A stretch of DNA of 64,000 bases, taken from NCBI RefSeq assembly GCF_009914755.1, contig NC_060929.1; one strand, written 5' to 3'. This document shows, one piece after another, positions 43,480 to 64,000 of this stretch (its first letter is position 1; each line of letters opens with the position of its first letter). The position numbers were made by a program, and so were the translations under genes. The notes under the pieces are model-generated. The model did no database searches, was not told where the DNA came from, and saw nothing but the letters and a program-made list of their open reading frames with translations. This stretch comes from the human T2T-CHM13v2.0 reference genome, Homo sapiens.

Positions 43480-45950
43480 TGGCCCTAGCACTACTGCGCC
43501 TCCACCTCAGCCCCCACTCCACCCGCACAGGTGAGGGTGCTCCGGAAAGGCTCCTGGGGCCCGGCTTCTTCATCTCCAGCCTCCGCACCTGGCGGAGGGA
43601 AGGGCTCGCCCCTAACCTGAGGTCAGAACTTGTTCGGGACCGCCGGGTGGAGACAAGGACGCGGGAACAAAACGTATGTGTGTGTTGGGGGGTGTTGCTG
43701 CGAGAGCGGGCAAGGGCGGGGACGCCGCGCTGACCCGGTCCTGGATCCCACCCGCGCTGGGCTCAGGGCCGCGGGTTCGGGTCCTGCCGGGCGTCCCACG
43801 CACCGGGGACGGGCACGAAACCGTCCACCTGCCTCAGACCTCGGCTGACCTCTGGGCCGCGGGAGGGCCCGAGGGTCTTTTCCGCCTCTGCTCGCTGTTG
43901 TGTCTCCAAGGTCAGAATCCCTGCGGCCGGGGCTGCGCAAAACGCCCCCCACCCCCGCCTCACTGCCGCCCCCGAGTCCCCTTCTCAGGCAGGCTGTGGG
44001 GGTTGGGGTTGGGCTTCGCGAGCCCAAGCGGACGCCGCAAAGAGAATGAGAACCTCGGAGCGCTCGGGGCGGGCGGGCCCAGCCCAGGCTCTTCCTACCC
44101 CTGCGGGGGTCCGAGGGCCAGCGGCATCGGCGGCGGGAGGAGGGGGCGGGGGCGGGGAATTAGGGGGAGGCGGGTGTTAAAGAGGAGAAGGGCGGGGGCG
44201 GAGGGGGAGGAGGAGACGGGGCGGGGAGGACCCCCAGGTTTCCGAGTCTCCGCCCGGGCTTTCGTTCCCGGCTGTGTGGCCCCGCGCGGTTCCCGAGCAG
44301 CTCCAGGAACTGAAACGTGAAGGGGACCTCGGTGCCCGGAGCTGCTGCCCAGGTAACCGCGCTGCGCCCGGCGAGCAGATGGGGGGTAGTCGCCCCAGTC
44401 CTGGACTCCGCGAGGGGGCGCGGGGAGTCCACGCTGCGGCCGCGCAGACGGGCGGGGCGGTTCGTTCCTGCGAGCGCCGGAACCGGGGAGGAGGCTGGGG
44501 AAGAGAAAGGGGCAGAGGGGCGGGCCCGGGGGCCGGGGCCGAGGGGGCGGAGCGCGAAGTTTCCAGAGGGAGGATTTGAGCTGCTGAGACCGGGGGCGGC
44601 GCCTGGGGACGCCGGAGATCCGCTGCTCCCCGGGACACTCACCTGCTGCCCGGCGCTGCGGGAGGAGAGCGCGGAACCGGGAGCCCTGGAACCCTGGCCC
44701 GACTGCTGAGCGCCCCGTGGGTCCTACGCTCCCGCGCCTTCTAGGGAAGCCCCTAAAGTTGGTGAGTCCCCTAGAAAGCAGTTCCTCTGTGGCTACGTCC
44801 AGGACGAACAACCAAAAACCGCCCCAGCCCCCCAAACCCCAATTGCCTTATTCTGTTTCCACTTGCTTTAGCCCCCACGCTCCTGTGTGCGAGAGGGGCC
44901 TGGTCAGACTGCAGACCCCACCCAGGAGGAGGAAGAGGAAGGGGCCGCCGTGGCCCGGGCACCCCCAGGGTAATGGAAGTCAGGTCCATATGAATATTGC
45001 AGAACGTGAAGGGCCAGGCAGCGCCCCCCACCGCCGGGCCCACGGGCAGCCCCTCATCTGCAACCCCTCATATTCATAGGCAGCCCCTCGTGTTCACAGG
45101 CACGCCCCTCATATGCAGTCCTTCATGGCCTGACATCTGTGGGGAAGTCTCTGCCCACACCTAACACCTAAGCCTCTCAGGTAGGAGGGGCAACTTGTGC
45201 GGGGGTCGCTGGGAGGTGGGGGGCATCAACTCTGGAAGAGACCACAGCTCTGGCCAGGACCAGGGTCGCCTCCCGGCCACTTCCGGCTTCTGGGAGATTT
45301 CCTTTTCCTTGCAACTGGGGTGGGAGTGGACAGATGACCGTCCCTAGGCCTGTGCTTCAAACCCGAAGCCATGCTTCTGTGCAAATGAGGCTCCTGGGCC
45401 ACATGAACTCCTGTGCAAAGGCCTGGAAAATTAACACTTTGAACAAAGTCAGACATGTTTGAGCATTTGTGGCGAGTTTCAGTTGCCAGGGGCCCCAGGG
45501 AAGGCTGGACTGCGGCTTGTCTGGCCTCCCCCGCCTCCCTATGGCTTCTGTAGGCGATGTGACTGAATCACAAAACGTAGGCATCTTGCAGTGCCGTGTA
45601 AGGAAATGTAAGTACCGTGAACAGTTTCCAGCATGTAATGCGCGAAAAGCCGGGCGTCCACGCCGGTGTTACCGGGGAAGGGTCAGTCACTGCAACCCCG
45701 GCATTGCGCCCGCTGTTCCCAGGACGGCCATGTCAGCCCGAGGACCTGCGTCTGCACTGGCTGTTGGTTGGGGCTGTGAGGGGCCTAAGGTTGCCTGGGG
45801 ATTGGAAACGCAAGGGCGTTTTGGAGGCTTGGCACACTGGGGGCCTGGAGTCGGGGCAGAGGCTCTCCAGGAGCTCCCTGTGGCTCCGGAGCAGCAAGTG
45901 GCCTGGTCTTCTGCCAGGCACAGTTGGGCATTCCCAGCCCGCCCACGTGG
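43480..45950. promoter_or_regulatory. CpG island 2, promoter-like, no associated CDS
   Basis: Very high GC/CpG with a core at 43700-44750; multiple GGGGCGGGG boxes (~44141-44230); ETS motif cacttccgg at ~45278; consensus donor CAG|GTGAGT on - at 44637-44645. Confidence 0.8.
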
Positions 45951-48625
45951 ACTCAATCTTTCTTCTTGTATTTGCTTTCTTCTGAGCTGTGTATCCTGAG
46001 TTTTTGTTGTTTGTTTTTGCTTTACCTGCATTCGTTTTCTGTTCTTTCTAATTCTGCATGCTTTTTGCACACTGGTGCTTTCTGCAGAAGGGGATGGGGG
46101 TGAGAGGTTTTGTGTGGATTGCGTCTGAGGCAAGGTGCCCACAGAGCATGCACATCAGGACAGATCTGTGAGGAGGGACAGGGTCAGAGCGTGGGGTGTG
46201 GAGCTCTTGACCCTGGGGACTGCCAGTGTTTGTGTGGGTTGTGTGAGTGTGCTTGTGGGGCAGTGTATCTTATGGGGTGTGTTGCAGTGTGAGGTGAGTG
46301 AGGTCAGAGGGGGTTGGGGGTGACGCTTTTGAATCTTGAGACCTTCTCTCAACCCAGAGCTAACAATTTTATCACCGAAAGATAATCTCCTGATGACACT
46401 GTGTATTTGTGAGTGATGTCACATGGGGGAAATGGCACCTGCCGCTCTGCGCCCTGTCTCTCTCCGGAAACGGCGCGTCAGGGGTGTCATTTCCATGACA
46501 GTAAATGTAGATATACGTTGTTGTTTTTCATGTTTACATAGACGAATTTGGGTATTTACTAAAAATGATTAACACCTACTTCCCTCTGTTGGTGGAATTT
46601 TAGGGTGTTTTATTTTACATTCAATGGAATTTCTAAGGAATATTAGTATATCTTATAAAGAAAAGATATAAATAATTTTAGGACAAGTGATAACAGGCAG
46701 TCCAAAAGCCAACAGGATGACAGATTGTCTCTGGTTCAGTTAGTTCCTCTATGTAAGTGTTAGAAGCAAAGACTGTGCATTTCACCCTTAATTCTAAATA
46801 TGATAAAAGGAGAGAATTTGCAGTGATTTGATTATTACAATAAAATGTACTGAAGTGACAGTTGACAAGCAAAAGGGGACCAACCACTCTGTATTGCCCA
46901 GACAAATTCCAGTTAGATTCGACACACATACACAGAGACACGCACACTTCCCCATGGAAAACAGGTCCCTTAGAAACAATAAACTACAAGAGGGCCTGGG
47001 ACTTCCAGGATGACTGAGTGAGGAACTTGGCAAATTCTCTTCCCCAAAAGCAACCACAAAGCTGAACAGAATTTTCAAAAACAGTCATTTCAGAATTCTG
47101 GAAATGGACTAAAGGCTTGCAAGAAACTGAGAGGCATTGAAACCCTTGGCAAGAACAGTGGGAGCCTCTGGCATTTCAGCGGGGACTGCTCCTGTCTCCC
47201 CAGGTCCATGGCATGGTAGCACTAGAGGGGAAGACAAGCCACCAGGAGAGCTGACTTGATTTGGGGGAGAGTGTGGAAAAGTCCATGGCCAGCTGTTGTC
47301 AGTAACAGGAGAGTATCGGTGGCAGACCGCCAAGGAAGGTCAGCGTCAAGGCTGCTTGAGGTCATGCTGCTCTTTCGGGCAAGCAACAGACCAGTAGATC
47401 AGGTAGAAATTCAAAGCAGCAGCAACCCTGTTCTCCAGTGGTTCTGGGAAGCTGGGAAAAAGCACAAGGCTTCATGCAGCCTCAGGGGAAAGCGATATTT
47501 TGTTATGGTGGCCCTAGATAACTAACATCATGTTTCAGCACGACCTCTGACTCACCACTGGCATGGGCAGATTCAGAAGAAGACTCAGACTGAATAGGGC
47601 TTCCCCTAGACTGTAAGCAGAACAGAGGTGGGGGCTGGGTCTGAGCTGTTTCTCTCTGTATACGCAACACCCTCACAGAATCCAGCACACAGAAGCTGTC
47701 CTGTAAATATCAGATGGACAGATAAACAGGTGAGGCACGGACTAGCTGGAGGATCTGCCCACATCAGGACCTTGGAGAGCTCCAGTCCTCAAGATGGGAA
47801 CTCTCTCTGCTCAGGACTCCAGTGGCTTAAAGGTCTTTCTCAGATCAGCTTTGCCCTCTTTTTTGACTGAGCCTGAAATTCGATACTTTTACCTAAGGTA
47901 GAGGTCACAAGGAGCTTAGTTTCAGGAGTCGTGAAAAGATGGTAGGCCCAGAACGTGTAAGTATATGGCAGGACTTTGGGATCCCCATGGATAATCTCAA
48001 TGCCTCAGACTCCAATAGGGTTTGATATTTATGGCATCCATATTGATATTTCTCCCATGTAGGAGCCCTCAAGCTGTTTCAAAACAGATGGATAGATGCA
48101 ACATTTGTGCATGTAAGGGCATCATGAGAAACTAAATTATGACATGGTTTGAATTAGGTAGGAAATGGACAATTTTGTGAATAACTTATTAAAAATAAAA
48201 TGATGATTCCAATACCATTGGATAAGAATCTCTAAAACATAACTAAGTTATATAAACTGCTAGCCAGATGGTGGAGCCAGGAGGGGCAAGCGCCGGCACC
48301 TTCATGTCTTTTGAACAAGGAAGGTGGTGCCTGCCAGGTAGGAGAGCCCTGCCTCCTCCCAGAAACCCCCACAGCCTTCATCCCACTTGGTCCTACTGTT
48401 CTTACCTGTTGCCCTCTCCATATCTCTTCTTGTTCAGCTTGGTCCATCTCTCTCTGGACTTGCTCCCCATCTCTGTCTCCCTAGTAACTCTTTCCTGTCC
48501 ATGTCTGAGAGTCCCTTGGAGAGAAGGCAGCTCCACCTTCTACAAGTGGTCCCTGAAATGCCCTCATCCCTACCTGCCCCAGTTCCCTTGTCGGTATATA
48601 AAAATATCTTTACAGTAAAGAACAG

Positions 48626-48752
48626 AGCACACTCAGCCCCCTGGTTGTTTGATGTCCTGCACAGCCTCAGGACTTTGCAGGGAGTCTCCACCAAGAAGAA
48701 GGCCCTCACCAGATTTGGTCTCTCAACGTTGGACTTCTCAGCCTCCACAACT
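48626..48752 (+). mobile_element. MaLR LTR segment (MLT1A/MSTC-like) forming the 5' end of the SPIC retrocopy
   Basis: agcacactcagcccc...caggactttgcagggagtctccaccaagaagaaggccctcaccaga...ttggacttctcagcctccacaact matches the post-TATA part of the LTR and stops where the consensus continues GT(A/G)AG. Confidence 0.75.
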
Positions 48753-48784
48753 AATTGTACTAATCATCAGTTTATTCATGAAGC

Positions 48785-49508
48785 ATGACTTGGATTGAAC
48801 AAGATAAGCTGGGTCAAGCATTTGAAGACGCTTTTGAGGTACTGAGGCAACATCCAACTTTAGATCCTCAGAACTCCCCTGATGACAAAAATTACCTGTC
48901 TTTCATTAACTGTTGTCTTCATATCAGAGGAAATTCCAGCTGCTATGAGTGTTGCCTACGGAGGAACCTGTCTACAATTGGAGAACTGTAATAGCAGGAC
49001 TGTGGACTTCTATTTTGAAGGAAATATTCATCAACCTCTGCAGAGCATAACTGAAAACCAGCTGGTACAACCTGCTCTTCTCCAGCAAGAGGAAGAAAAG
49101 GCAGGAAGAGGCTCTGGCTATTGAATACCTTCACAAATCCCTGTGTACTGAGATGGCATCTTGTATTCACTGGGAAGATAAAACCAAAGACACCTTTCAG
49201 TTTGTAACAAAAAACCAGGAAACTTCTGAACTTTGGGGGAAGAGAAAAAGCAACCAGAGTACCATGACTTTCCAGAAATGGCCAGGGCACTGAGGAGCTG
49301 TGGAAGAACTGGGGAAATCACCGAAACCCAGTACCATTTCAGTGAGGCCATTCTCCAAAAACTCTCTCCATCTTATTTCTTGGGGAAAGAGTTCTTCTAC
49401 TTACAATATGATCAACCTGATTAAGAATATATTGGTTTCTATAACTGTGATGCAGATTATAACTATACAAATGCCAATTACCAGAAGCTAAGCCACCCTG
49501 ATTCCAAA
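48785..49508 (+). pseudogene. Processed pseudogene of SPIC (Spi-C ETS transcription factor); probably the annotated SPICP1
   Basis: ORF fragments [23 protein letters not shown]..., [23 protein letters not shown] and [15 protein letters not shown]...[18 protein letters not shown] match SPIC end to end in ~720 intronless bp; several frameshifts, an ETS-domain deletion and an in-frame TAA at 49422; 3' UTR-like similarity continues to about 49590. Confidence 0.92.
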
Positions 49509-50475
49509 ATATAGTCTCACATTTCATGGTTTCCTGGTATCAGAAATCCCTATGAGCCTGAGATTTTTTCCCTTAAAGCAAATACTGAAGATAAGAAACC
49601 AATTAATTTCATTGTTGCTATCTTGTATCCAATGGCATAAAATCTATACTAACTTGATTAGAAATTCTGCCAATGAACAACTTTATTGTTTTGAGTGATG
49701 AAGCCCCATTTGAGAATATAGGCTCAATGGCCTTGCTCTTAACTGTTCTCTATGCAGTCACTTTCTTCTGCACTAAAGTGCCAATACAGATACTGAATAC
49801 ATTGATTTAAATACATAGATATATAAATAGATATTTAAATATGCAATATATATGGATACTTTATATATTGATTTAAACATTTTCCTCTCATAGATGAAAA
49901 ATCACTCTAACATGTATTGATGGCTTCACAAGAAATCATTTACAGAAAATAATTGCATATGATACAGTGTTTGTGCCAAAATGTATTCATGGCTTTAAAA
50001 ACTTCAGTGGAAATGTCTATTCAGATCCCTAGCCCATTGTTAAATTGGTTTCTGTTTTCTTGCTAAGTTTGAGCTGCTTATAGATGATGGATATTGACCC
50101 CTTATAGATGTTGGATATTGACCCCTTGTGGATGTATGGCCGGTGCTTTTCCCAGTATTTAGGTCATCTCTGCACACTGTTGATTGTTTCCTTTGCTGGG
50201 TAGAAGTTTTTTGGTTTGATGTAATCCTATTTGTTTAGTTTTACTTTTGTTGCTTGCACTTTTGGTGTTAAGTCCAAAAGAAAATTGCAAACACCAATGT
50301 CGTGTAATTTTTACTCTCTGTTTTCTTCTGGTAGTTTTAGAGCAAGTTTATCCAACCTGTGGTCTGTGGGCTGCATGCAGCCCAGGACAGCTTTGAATGT
50401 GGCTCAACACAAATATGTAAACTTTCTTAAACATTATGAGATTTTTTTGGTGATTTTTTTTTAGCTTATCAGCTA

Positions 50476-50478
<3 letters not shown>

Positions 50479-50524
<46 letters not shown>
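50479..50524. repeat. (GT)n microsatellite
   Basis: About 22 GT units between the MER30 left half and the Alu tail. Confidence 0.97.
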
Positions 50525-56972
<6,448 letters not shown>

Positions 56973-57821
56973 TGTTAGTATATTTTATGTGTGGCCCAAG
57001 ACAATTCTTCTTCCAATGTGGCTCAGAGAAGCCAAACAAGTGGACACCCGTTTTAGAGTTTCTAGTGTTATGTTACAGTCTTTGGTCCATTTTAAGTTGA
57101 TTTTTGAATACAGTGTGAGATAGGGGTCCACTTTCATTCTTCTGCATGTTTTCCCAGCATCATTTATTGAAGAGACTGTCCTTGTCTTCTTGGCACCGTT
57201 GTTGAAATCAGTTAACTGTACATGCATGAGTTCATTTCTAGGCTCTCTGTTCAGTTCCACTGGTTAACGTGTCTGTTTTTTCTTCTTTTTTTTTTTGGTC
57301 AATTTTATGCTATTTTAATTACTATGGCTTTGGAGTGTACTTTGAGGTCAGGTGGTGTGATACTTAACAGCTTTGTTCTTATTGCTCTTGGTTGTCCTGG
57401 CTATTCATGGTTTTATGAGGTTCTATATGAATTTTTTGATTACTATTTTTTATTTCTATGAAACAGACATTGGGATCTTGTTAAGGATTACATTGAAACT
57501 GTTGGTTGCTTTGGGTACTATGGACTTCTTAACCATATTAATTATCCAATCCATGAATATGGGATATCTTTCTATTTATTTGTGTCATCTTCAATTTATT
57601 TCCCCAATGTTTTATAGTTTTCATTGGCAGGTCTTTCACATCCTGGGTTAAATTTATTCCTAGGTAATTTGTTAAAGCTATTATGAGTGGGATTGTTCTC
57701 TTGATTTCTTTTTCAGATAGTTCATTGTCAGTATATAGAGAGACTACTGATTTTTGTGTGTTGATTTTGAGTCCTTCAGCTTTACTGTACTTGTTTATAA
57801 GTTCTGAGAGTGTTTTTGTGA

Positions 57822-60252
<2,431 letters not shown>

Positions 60253-60700
60253 GGTGGAGTCTGAGTTTTCCACATATAGGATCACTTTGTCAGTAAACAA
60301 TGGCAGTTTCACTCACTCTTTTCTTATGTGGATGTCTTTTGGTTTTTTCCATGCCTGATTACCCCAGCAAGGACTTCCATTTATATTAATATATTGCATG
60401 GATGTAGCAAGAGTGGGCATCCTTGTCTTGTTTCAGATCCTTGAGGAAAGGCTTTCAGTTTTTCAACACTGAATATAATGTTGGCTCTGGACTTCTTATA
60501 AATGGTCTTTATTGTGTTGAGGTACATTCTTTCTATTTTTAATTTGGTGAGTTTTTAAAAGGAGGGAATGTTCAGCTTTATCAAATGCCTTTTCTGTGTC
60601 TGATGGGGTAATCATATGATTTTTGTTTTTCATTCTATTGGTGTAATATATCATATTTGCTGATTTGCATATGTTGAACCATCCTTGCATCCCAAGGATA

Positions 60701-61690
60701 AAGACATTTCTCAAAAGAAGACATAAAAATGGCCAACATATATAAGAAGAAAATGCTTGACACGACTGTCATTAGAAAATGCAAATTCAGACAACAATGA
60801 GATATCATATCTCACCTGTCAGAATGCCTTTTATCAAGAAGATGAAAGACAAGTGTTGGCAAGGATGTGGAGAAAAGGGAACTCTTACACATTTGGTGGA
60901 AATATAACTTAGTACAGCCATTATGGAAAATAGTATGGAGGTTCCTCAAAAAACTAAAAATAAGCCATTGCACTCCAGCCTGGGCAACAGAGAGAGACCT
61001 CGTCTCAACAACAACAAAACCTAAAAACAGAATTACCCTATGATCCAGCAGTCCCACTTCTGGTTATTTACCCAAAAGATGTGAAATCAGTTTGTCAAAC
61101 AGATGTCTGCACTCCAGTGTTTACTGAAGCACTATTCAAAATAGCCAAGTCATAGAATCAAAAATAGCAGCAGATGAAATGGATAATGAAAATGTGCATA
61201 TACATCATTGAAGACTTTTCTCCCTTAAAAAAGAAGAAAATTCTTACATTTATGATGACACGGATGTAACTGGAGAACATTATGTCAAATGAAATGAGCC
61301 AGGAATGGAAAGAGAAATACCACATGTTCTCACTTACATGTGGAATCTGAAACAATTGGACTTATAGAGGCAAAGAGCAGACTGATGGTTACAACAGTTT
61401 AGGGGATGGGAAGATGATTGTCAAAGTACAAAATCTCAGAAAGAATACATATGTTTTTCTTTTTTGATTTAGATTGCATAGTGTGGTGAATCTAGTTAAT
61501 AACAGAGTATTACACATTTAAAAATTGCTAAGAAAGTAAATTTCAAGTGTGCTTAACACAAAAAATGTTAAGTATTTGAGGTGCTGGATATGTTAACCAG
61601 CTTGATTTAATTATGTCACATTGTATTCATAAATTACAACATCATTTTACACCTCATACATTTACACCGTTTTTTAAATTAAAAAAATAA
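60701..61690 (+). mobile_element. Sense 3' portion of the same old L1 (L1MA-like) with A-rich end
   Basis: Starts agacatttctcaaaagaagacat (RHFSKED), runs through the ORF2 end and an L1MA-type 3' UTR to aaattaaaaaaataacaaaa. Confidence 0.85.
60963..61016 (+). mobile_element. Severely 5'-truncated Alu (~50 bp)
   Basis: gccattgcactccagcctgggcaacagag...tctc plus AAC tail, flanked by aaaa(a/c)ctaaaaa(t/c)a. Confidence 0.75.
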
Positions 61691-63274
61691 CAAAAGGACA
61701 AAGATCACAGTTGCAAAGAGGTAAAAAGGCATAAAACCAAGTCACAAAAGTAGTAGAAACATCCAGCAATTATATGAATTGAGTGTTCCGAGGACTTCAG
61801 ATAGGCAGCTTTTTCTTTCCTTCCCAGGGCCTGGCTCCTTTCAGAGTTCCAGCCTCTCGAGTGATTTCTCCAGAGCCCACTCAGTGACACCTCTTATTTG
61901 ACGCATGCCTCTGCCTGTATATTCTGTGACCAAACAGGGTTTTACTTGTGTTTGGTTTATTTCAGATGCAAAAGAGAGCTTGGCATATATGCCTGGGAAG
62001 TGGAAATGTTGGAAATTCTGGGCCTCTGAAATAAGGATTGCTCAGAAAGTCGGTATTTTTTCCCACAACCAGAGGAACCACAGCTAACTGGCCCTTCTCT
62101 ATCCAGACAGGACTGGTCCTATGTGGATTTTAGTGGCTGTTTTGGACCCCTCTGAGTCAAGGGCAGGAGGCCCTTCCCCCGGTCACATTGGCCTTTCCAG
62201 GCCCTTCTCCTGCCCTGTGTCCTGTGGTGTGACAGTGATGACCATGTCCCTTTTGGAGCAAGTGTTGTGAGCTCAGGGATGGATTCAGGCTCAGCTTTGA
62301 GATACTCAGCACAGGCTTTTAAAACCCACTCTGTCCTGGTAACATCACTTATGTATTCGGGCCTGGAGGAGCCTCAAGATTGCAGAGGTGAAATGTTTTG
62401 TATTTTTTGTGTAATTTGTGCCATAAAGAACCACCAGGGTCTGAACGTCATAGCAAGAGGCAGAGTTCCTGATTCTCTGGGAATGTTGTTCTTAGGATGG
62501 TTTACAGAAACACTTGCTGGAGGCAAGTAATTTCATCTGGCTATTTCAACGTGGTGAAGGACACAGCATTATTTTTAGACAACACCAGGTGCCATTAGCA
62601 AACTGTATTTGCGTTAATCTTTTCCGCAGTGGGTGGGGATGGCCAGATGCACCCGGCTTCTGACTTACTCTTATGTCAGACTCACTTGGGGGGCTCTGAT
62701 GCTTGGGAACAGAGATGGGCCTGGGACATAGGAGCCACTCCTTGTCCAGAATATTAAGTTCCCACCTTCAAGGGACTTTCTGAATTGGTAAATATGAAGC
62801 ACCATGAAAAAAACGAATAGAAACATTTTCACATCTACTTAAGCTATAACTGGGAGCCACAGTGATGTGCTGCTGAGGCGAATCACCCCTTTGATTGCAG
62901 TGCAGCCGTCTTTACAGCAGCCGACCGTGTCCGGACACCCAGTGTCTCTGTGCTCCGAGGCTGGGGAAAATAGGGTGCACCCAGCAAGTCCAAGTGGAGT
63001 CCACCTTTGCCTCTCCACCAGGCATTGCAGAAAACCTGCCGTGAGGCTGCTGCGCTGCCTGCCTGCATGGCCTAGTTCTCCCCCAGACTAAGCAGATTCC
63101 TTCAGTGCCATGTGCAGCAGAGAGGGAAGGTGGTGAGACGCGGGCTATGAAGCTGCTCAGTGCAGCTCTCGAGTCTCGTCCCACCCCACAGCTGCTGTCT
63201 GGTGGTGCGGCTCCAGCATGAGGGGCTGGTGTGAATCCCATGTCTCCATCAAGTTGAGTCCCAACCCCCATTCC

Positions 63275-64000
63275 CCAGGAGGCCCTGAAACATAAGCGGC
63301 CGGGTCTCACTCACTGTCCACTCCCCGGAGGCCCTGGGACACAGCAGGCCGGGTCCCACTCACTGTCCACTCCCCGGAGGCCCTGGAACACAGGAGGCCG
63401 GGTCCCACTCACTGTCCTCTCCCCGGAGGCCCTGGAACACAGGAGGCCGGGTCCCACTCACTGTCCACTCCCCAGAGGCCCTGGAACACAGGAGGCCGGG
63501 TCTCACTCACTGTCCTCTCCCCGGAGGCCCTGGGACACAGCAGGCCGGGTCCCACTCACTGTCCTCTCCCCGGAGGCCCTGGGACACAGCAAGCCGGGTC
63601 CCACTCACTGTCCACTCCCCAGAGGCCCTGGAACACAGGAGGCCGGGTCCCACTCACTATCCACTCCCCGGAGGCCCTGGAACACAGCAGGCCGGGTCTC
63701 ACTCACTGTCCACTCCCCGGAGGCCCTTGAACACAGCAGGCCGGGTCCCACTCACTGTCCTCTCCCCGGAGGCCCTGGGACACAGCAGGCCGGGTCCCAC
63801 TCACTGTCCACTCCCCAGAGGCCCTGGGACACAGCAGGCCGGGTCCCACTCACTGTCCACTCCCCGGAGGCCCTGGGACACAGCAGGCCGGGTCCCACTC
63901 ACTGTCCTCTCCCCGGAGGCCCTGGAACACAGCAGGCCGGGTCCCACTCACTGTCCACTCCCCAGAGGCCCTGGAACACAGGAGGCCGGGTCCCACTCAC
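63275..64000. repeat. 49-bp GC-rich VNTR, ~15 copies, runs past the window end
   Basis: Unit ccc(g/a)gaggccctgg(g/a)acacag(c/g)aggccgggtc(c/t)cactcactgtcc(a/t)ctc; period 49 (63323, 63372, ...). Confidence 0.97.

Noticed and set aside
43612-45999. Many 100-250 aa ORFs in CpG island 2
   Set aside because: Low-complexity G/P/R/A-rich translations in all frames, as expected from stop-poor GC-rich DNA; no recognisable homology.

Overview
Primate, most likely human, chromosome-end window. It opens with the terminal (CCCTAA)n telomere (1-~2296), whose proximal ~800 bp carries variant repeats, followed by a TAR1 subtelomere with the 37/29/61-bp TERRA-promoter repeats and a CTCF site. The next ~36 kb is transposon-rich subtelomeric DNA with several VNTRs. 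At 40.1-41.3 kb two telomere-like tracts sit head-to-head: a G-strand TCAGGG/TTAGGG array punctuated by ETS motifs and a degenerate C-strand (CCCTAA)n tract. Two CpG islands with no evident gene follow. At 48.6-49.6 kb lies a processed pseudogene of the ETS factor SPIC whose 5' end appears to be a MaLR LTR exon cut exactly at the LTR splice donor, i.e. a fossil of an LTR-driven chimeric SPIC mRNA. The 50-61.7 kb segment is one 5'-inverted (twin-primed) old L1 hosting a nested MER30 > Alu > full-length L1PA stack and a two-LTR THE1 element. A 49-bp VNTR runs off the window end. No intact protein-coding gene is supported. The layout fits my recollection of human 5p15.33, but that is an inference, not a search result. 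Repeat subfamily names come from remembered consensus sequences and should be confirmed with RepeatMasker/Dfam.
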